Shown in pieces: positions 60,927-64,000 of a DNA stretch of 64,000 nucleotides; positions within the stretch are counted from its first letter, which is position 1, and each line of letters opens with the position of its first letter. The translations under genes were made by a program, and so were the position numbers. The stretch is from an uncultured bacterium (GTDB taxonomy: Bacteria > Omnitrophota > Omnitrophia > Omnitrophales > Aquincolibacteriaceae), in contig CAYSSX010000005.1 in NCBI GenBank assembly GCA_964434115.1, positions 31,063 through 95,062 of the forward strand, written 5' to 3'. A model generated the notes under the pieces. The model was not told the origin of the DNA and searched no databases. It saw only the letters and a program-made list of their open reading frames with translations.

Positions 60927-61325
60927 TTACAATTTTAAGATAAAAAGCGTTTCACTCTTGGCTTCACTCGCGGGTTTCAAAATACCCTTTTCAACTTTTT
61001 CCGCCCACGCCGCATCGGATTCATAGTCGACGCCGATTTTTTCCTCTTTGAGGTCTTTCTTGATCGCCTCTTCAAGCTTCAGGACGGCCCAGCGGACAAA
61101 AAGCGCGCGTTTCGCATGAAGGATTTTTTTCTCTTCCTGGGGAAGCTTTTTGAACCACCGGACACGGAAATAGCGGACCAGAAACTCCTCCGTAAAATAG
61201 ACAAGCCTCATCTCACAGCGGTTTAAGGGGCCGCGTACATCAAAAATAATTTCAAACGCGGAATCGTTGGGAGGATCTTCCCGGAAATCGGTAATTTCAA
61301 GTTCAAAGGTTCCGTAAACACCCAT
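60927..61325 (-). CDS. hypothetical protein
   Basis: 132-aa ORF co-directional with the SDR gene. No recognisable motifs. Confidence 0.35.
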   Translation of the reverse strand: MGVYGTFELEITDFREDPPNDSAFEIIFDVRGPLNRCEMRLVYFTEEFLVRYFRVRWFKKLPQEEKKILHAKRALFVRWAVLKLEEAIKKDLKEEKIGVDYESDAAWAEKVEKGILKPASEAKSETLFILKL

Positions 61326-61450
61326 GGTTTCCTCCCGGGGTTTAATGTCCTGTCAAATCCGAAGGCATCATAAGTTTTCCGGGGGCTTTTGGCAACCCTT
61401 CCCAGAGATTCCGGTTTAAAAACCCCCGCACTCAGCTTAGAATAGGACCC

Positions 61451-62458
61451 ATGTCTCCAAAATCAAATCGCAGCAGAAACTTTTTTCTCACTGAAAGACC
61501 GCGGAGGAACCGCCGCAGCCCGGCCATCCGCTCGCTGGCCCGTGAGACCCGCCTCACCCCTGAAAATCTGATTCTCCCCCTTTTTCTGATTCCCGGGAAA
61601 AGTACAAAAACAGCCATCACGTCCATGCCGGGTATTTTCCGCTGGAGCCGGGATCTTCTGCTCAAAGAAGCGAGGAAGGCGGCGGCACTGGGGATTCCAG
61701 CCGTGGCCCTTTTTCCCGCGCTTCCGGACAAGCTCAAGGACAAAACAGCCTCGGAGTCGCGCAACCCCAAAGGCCTGCTTCAGGAAACAGTCAAAGCCCT
61801 GAAAGATCAATGCCCGGAGATTGCCGTGATTACGGACGTGGCCATGGATCCTTATTCAAGCGACGGGCATGATGGGCTTGTTCGAAACGGCAAAATCGTC
61901 AACGATGAAACCCTTGCGATTCTTGCCGCCATGGCTCTTTCACAGGCCCAGGCCGGAGCTGATTTTGTCGCTCCCTCGGACATGATGGACGGGCGCATTG
62001 GAACGATCCGGAAAACCTTGGACGCGGGCGGTTTTGAAGAAACCGGAATTCTAGCTTACTCCGCCAAATACGCTTCCGCCTTTTACGGTCCGTTTCGCGA
62101 GGCTTTGGATTCAGCCCCGCGTTCCGGCGACAAGAAAACGTATCAGATGGATCCCGCGAATATCCGCGAGGCGCTCCGTGAAGTGAAGCTCGATATTGCG
62201 GAGGGCGCAGACATTGTCATGGTAAAACCCGCGCTGGCTTACCTGGATGTGATCACTCAAGTCCGGAAAGTTTCAACAGTCCCTGTCGCCGCCTACAGTG
62301 TTAGCGGAGAATACGCCATGATTATGGCCGCATCCCAAAAAGGCTGGATCTCCGGAAAAGACGCCATGATGGAAGCCCTGGTATCCATCAAGCGCGCGGG
62401 CGCGGACATGATTCTGACCTATGCGGCCCTTGAAGCTGCGCGGCTTTTGAACGCCTGA
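61451..62458 (+). CDS. hemB: porphobilinogen synthase (delta-aminolevulinate dehydratase)
   Basis: RPRRNRRSPAIRSL...PLFL at the N-terminus, the active-site lysine region (MVKPA), and 335 aa. Confidence 0.9.
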   Translation: MSPKSNRSRNFFLTERPRRNRRSPAIRSLARETRLTPENLILPLFLIPGKSTKTAITSMPGIFRWSRDLLLKEARKAAALGIPAVALFPALPDKLKDKTASESRNPKGLLQETVKALKDQCPEIAVITDVAMDPYSSDGHDGLVRNGKIVNDETLAILAAMALSQAQAGADFVAPSDMMDGRIGTIRKTLDAGGFEETGILAYSAKYASAFYGPFREALDSAPRSGDKKTYQMDPANIREALREVKLDIAEGADIVMVKPALAYLDVITQVRKVSTVPVAAYSVSGEYAMIMAASQKGWISGKDAMMEALVSIKRAGADMILTYAALEAARLLNA

Positions 62459-62534
62459 AAATCTCACCCAGCCTGAAAATAAAAAGGGCCCCGGTTTAAG
62501 GGGCCCTTTTTTATTTCTCTTCTAAAACCGCTTC

Positions 62535-63551
62535 TTACATTTCAAGAACGTATGCAAACACCAGAGGCGCGACAATCGTCGCGTCGGATTCAATGATGAA
62601 GCGGGGCGTGTTTCCATCCAGCTTGCCCCATGTGATCTTCTCATTCGGAACCGCGCCGCTGTAAGACCCATAAGAAGTGGTGCTGTCGGAAATCTGGCAG
62701 AAATACCCCCACAGCTTGCAGTCTCCCTTGAGGTCCTGATTGATCAAGGGCACCACGCAGATCGGAAAGTCGCCGGCAATGCCGCCCGCGATCTGAAAAA
62801 AACCAATGTTGCCCGCGCCGGCCGTGTTCGTCAGGTACCAGTCAATCAAGCTGTCCATCAGCTCAAGACCCGACTTCACGACATTCAGCGTCGAAACGTT
62901 TTTCTTGCGGACCTGCCCGACAAACATATTGCCGAGCGTGGAATCTTCCCAGCCAGGCGTGAAAATCGGAAGGTTCTTTTCGCAGGCCGCGAGGATCCAG
63001 GAATTTTTTGGATCAATTTCATAGTACTTCTCAAGACGGCCGCTTTTCAAAAGCTGATACATGTATTCGTACGGGAAGTAACGCTTGCCTTCCTTGTCCG
63101 CCTTCTGCCAGAAGTGAAGCACTTCGCTCTCGATGCGGCGCATGGCGGTGTCTTCCGGGATGCAGGTGTCCGTCACACGGTTCAGCCCGCGGTCATGAAG
63201 CGCGACTTCTTCTTCCGCCGTCAAGTGCCGGTAGTGGGGAACGCGTTCGTATTCGCTGTGCGCGACGAGGTTAAAAACATCCTCTTCAAGGTTGGCTCCC
63301 GTAGTGCAGATCGCATGAACTTTGTCCTGACGGATCATTTCGGCAAGCGTGATGCCGAGTTCCGCAGTGCTCATCGCGCCGCCCATGGTGAGCAGCATTT
63401 TGTTGCCGCCGTTCAGATGATCGACCCACGCCTGTGCGGCATCCACGATCACCGCGGCATTAAAATGGCGGTAATTGTTCTTGATGAAGTTTTTAATCGT
63501 CGCTTCTTTGGCCACAGCCACTCCTGCTTCTTTCATATTGTCATCCCTCAC
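62535..63551 (-). CDS. deoxyhypusine synthase family protein (possibly homospermidine-synthase-like)
   Basis: ICTTGANLEEDVF and IAGGIAGDF resemble the NAD-binding and active-site regions of deoxyhypusine synthase. About 338 aa. Confidence 0.5.
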   Translation of the reverse strand: MRDDNMKEAGVAVAKEATIKNFIKNNYRHFNAAVIVDAAQAWVDHLNGGNKMLLTMGGAMSTAELGITLAEMIRQDKVHAICTTGANLEEDVFNLVAHSEYERVPHYRHLTAEEEVALHDRGLNRVTDTCIPEDTAMRRIESEVLHFWQKADKEGKRYFPYEYMYQLLKSGRLEKYYEIDPKNSWILAACEKNLPIFTPGWEDSTLGNMFVGQVRKKNVSTLNVVKSGLELMDSLIDWYLTNTAGAGNIGFFQIAGGIAGDFPICVVPLINQDLKGDCKLWGYFCQISDSTTSYGSYSGAVPNEKITWGKLDGNTPRFIIESDATIVAPLVFAYVLEM

Positions 63552-63720
63552 TTTTAAAATCCATCCCGCGGTTTGGCCGCAGGGGCGGGTACTGTAAAAT
63601 CACGGCTTCGGAATCGGCGCCTTGCGACGGGGTGCTTGGGCCGGGCGAGCAAATTCTCGCAAAATTAACCGGCAGCGTCAACCCGTCATTCCGGGTTTTT
63701 TATACATTTCCCGGGATCGG

Positions 63721-63978
63721 TTACCGAAGGCTCTGAAGAGGTATGGATTCCTCGACCAGCATCACGGGAATCCCTTCACGGATGGGGTACAAAACCTGGC
63801 CGTCACGCCGCACCAAGCCGGCTTCAATTTTTTCGGCCACCTTCTGATTGCCGCGGTTGAGAAGATTCCCGCCCGTAATGGCGGCGTTCACACGCGCCAG
63901 GGTTTGGGCGTCCGCGGCCTGAAGGGTTTGCTTGGTTTCCGGACAAGCCAGAATTTTGAGAAACTCTGAATCAATCAT
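63721..63978 (-). CDS. Trm112/YcaR-like small protein
   Basis: 85 aa, with LKILACPETK close to the N-terminus as in UPF0434/Trm112. The CxxC motif is degenerate. Confidence 0.45.
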   Translation of the reverse strand: MIDSEFLKILACPETKQTLQAADAQTLARVNAAITGGNLLNRGNQKVAEKIEAGLVRRDGQVLYPIREGIPVMLVEESIPLQSLR

Positions 63979-64000
63979 GCAGCCTTTTCCTTGGTCTTAA

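Overview
This 64-kb bacterial window contains a lower-GC, apparently horizontally acquired block of about 29 kb on the left and a conserved housekeeping region on the right. The GC difference is a visual impression, not a computed value. No searches were run; all protein family calls come from motifs recognised in the translations, and all boundaries are inferred from the sequence.

Left block (1-29.4 kb). At the far left, a lexA gene with a perfect palindromic operator candidate sits next to an unknown co-directional gene. Next comes a glycan synthesis and export module: a sugar nucleotidyltransferase, an HlyD-type membrane fusion protein, an OpgH-like processive family-2 glycosyltransferase, a TolC-like outer membrane factor and a secreted beta-sandwich protein. 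All of these lie on the minus strand and run directly into a conjugative type IV secretion cluster. That cluster has VirB2/3/4/5/6/8/9/10 homologues (TrbC/D/E/J/L/F/G/I) and a VirD4-type coupling protein, but no VirB11 or VirB1. It also carries a Replication-relaxation-like protein, a nested inverted-repeat region that is a candidate oriT, a zinc-ribbon protein and two sigma-70-like regulators. A plus-strand block follows that starts with an excisionase-family HTH gene. It carries a Type III-like restriction-modification pair in the unusual order res then mod, and then a tightly coupled four-gene cassette: SIR2, HerA ATPase, a KTSC-domain protein and a Cys-cluster PD-(D/E)XK nuclease. The first two genes match the described SIR2-HerA (Nezha-type) anti-phage system; the two extra genes look like an undescribed extension. 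A large serine recombinase then overlaps the 3' end of tRNA-Asn(GTT), which marks one end of an integrative conjugative element.

Right block. It carries ftsK, dut, pnp, rpsO, ribF, truB, a DHH phosphoesterase, rbfA, infB, nusA, an acyl-CoA desaturase, tRNA-Gly(TCC) and gpmA. It also carries a complete F1Fo ATP synthase operon followed directly by nuoJKLMN, with nuoI inverted downstream and no nuoA-H. Further right are a carbamoyltransferase, a core-genome paralogue of the island nuclease, an SDR oxidoreductase, hemB, a deoxyhypusine-synthase-like gene and a Trm112-like gene.
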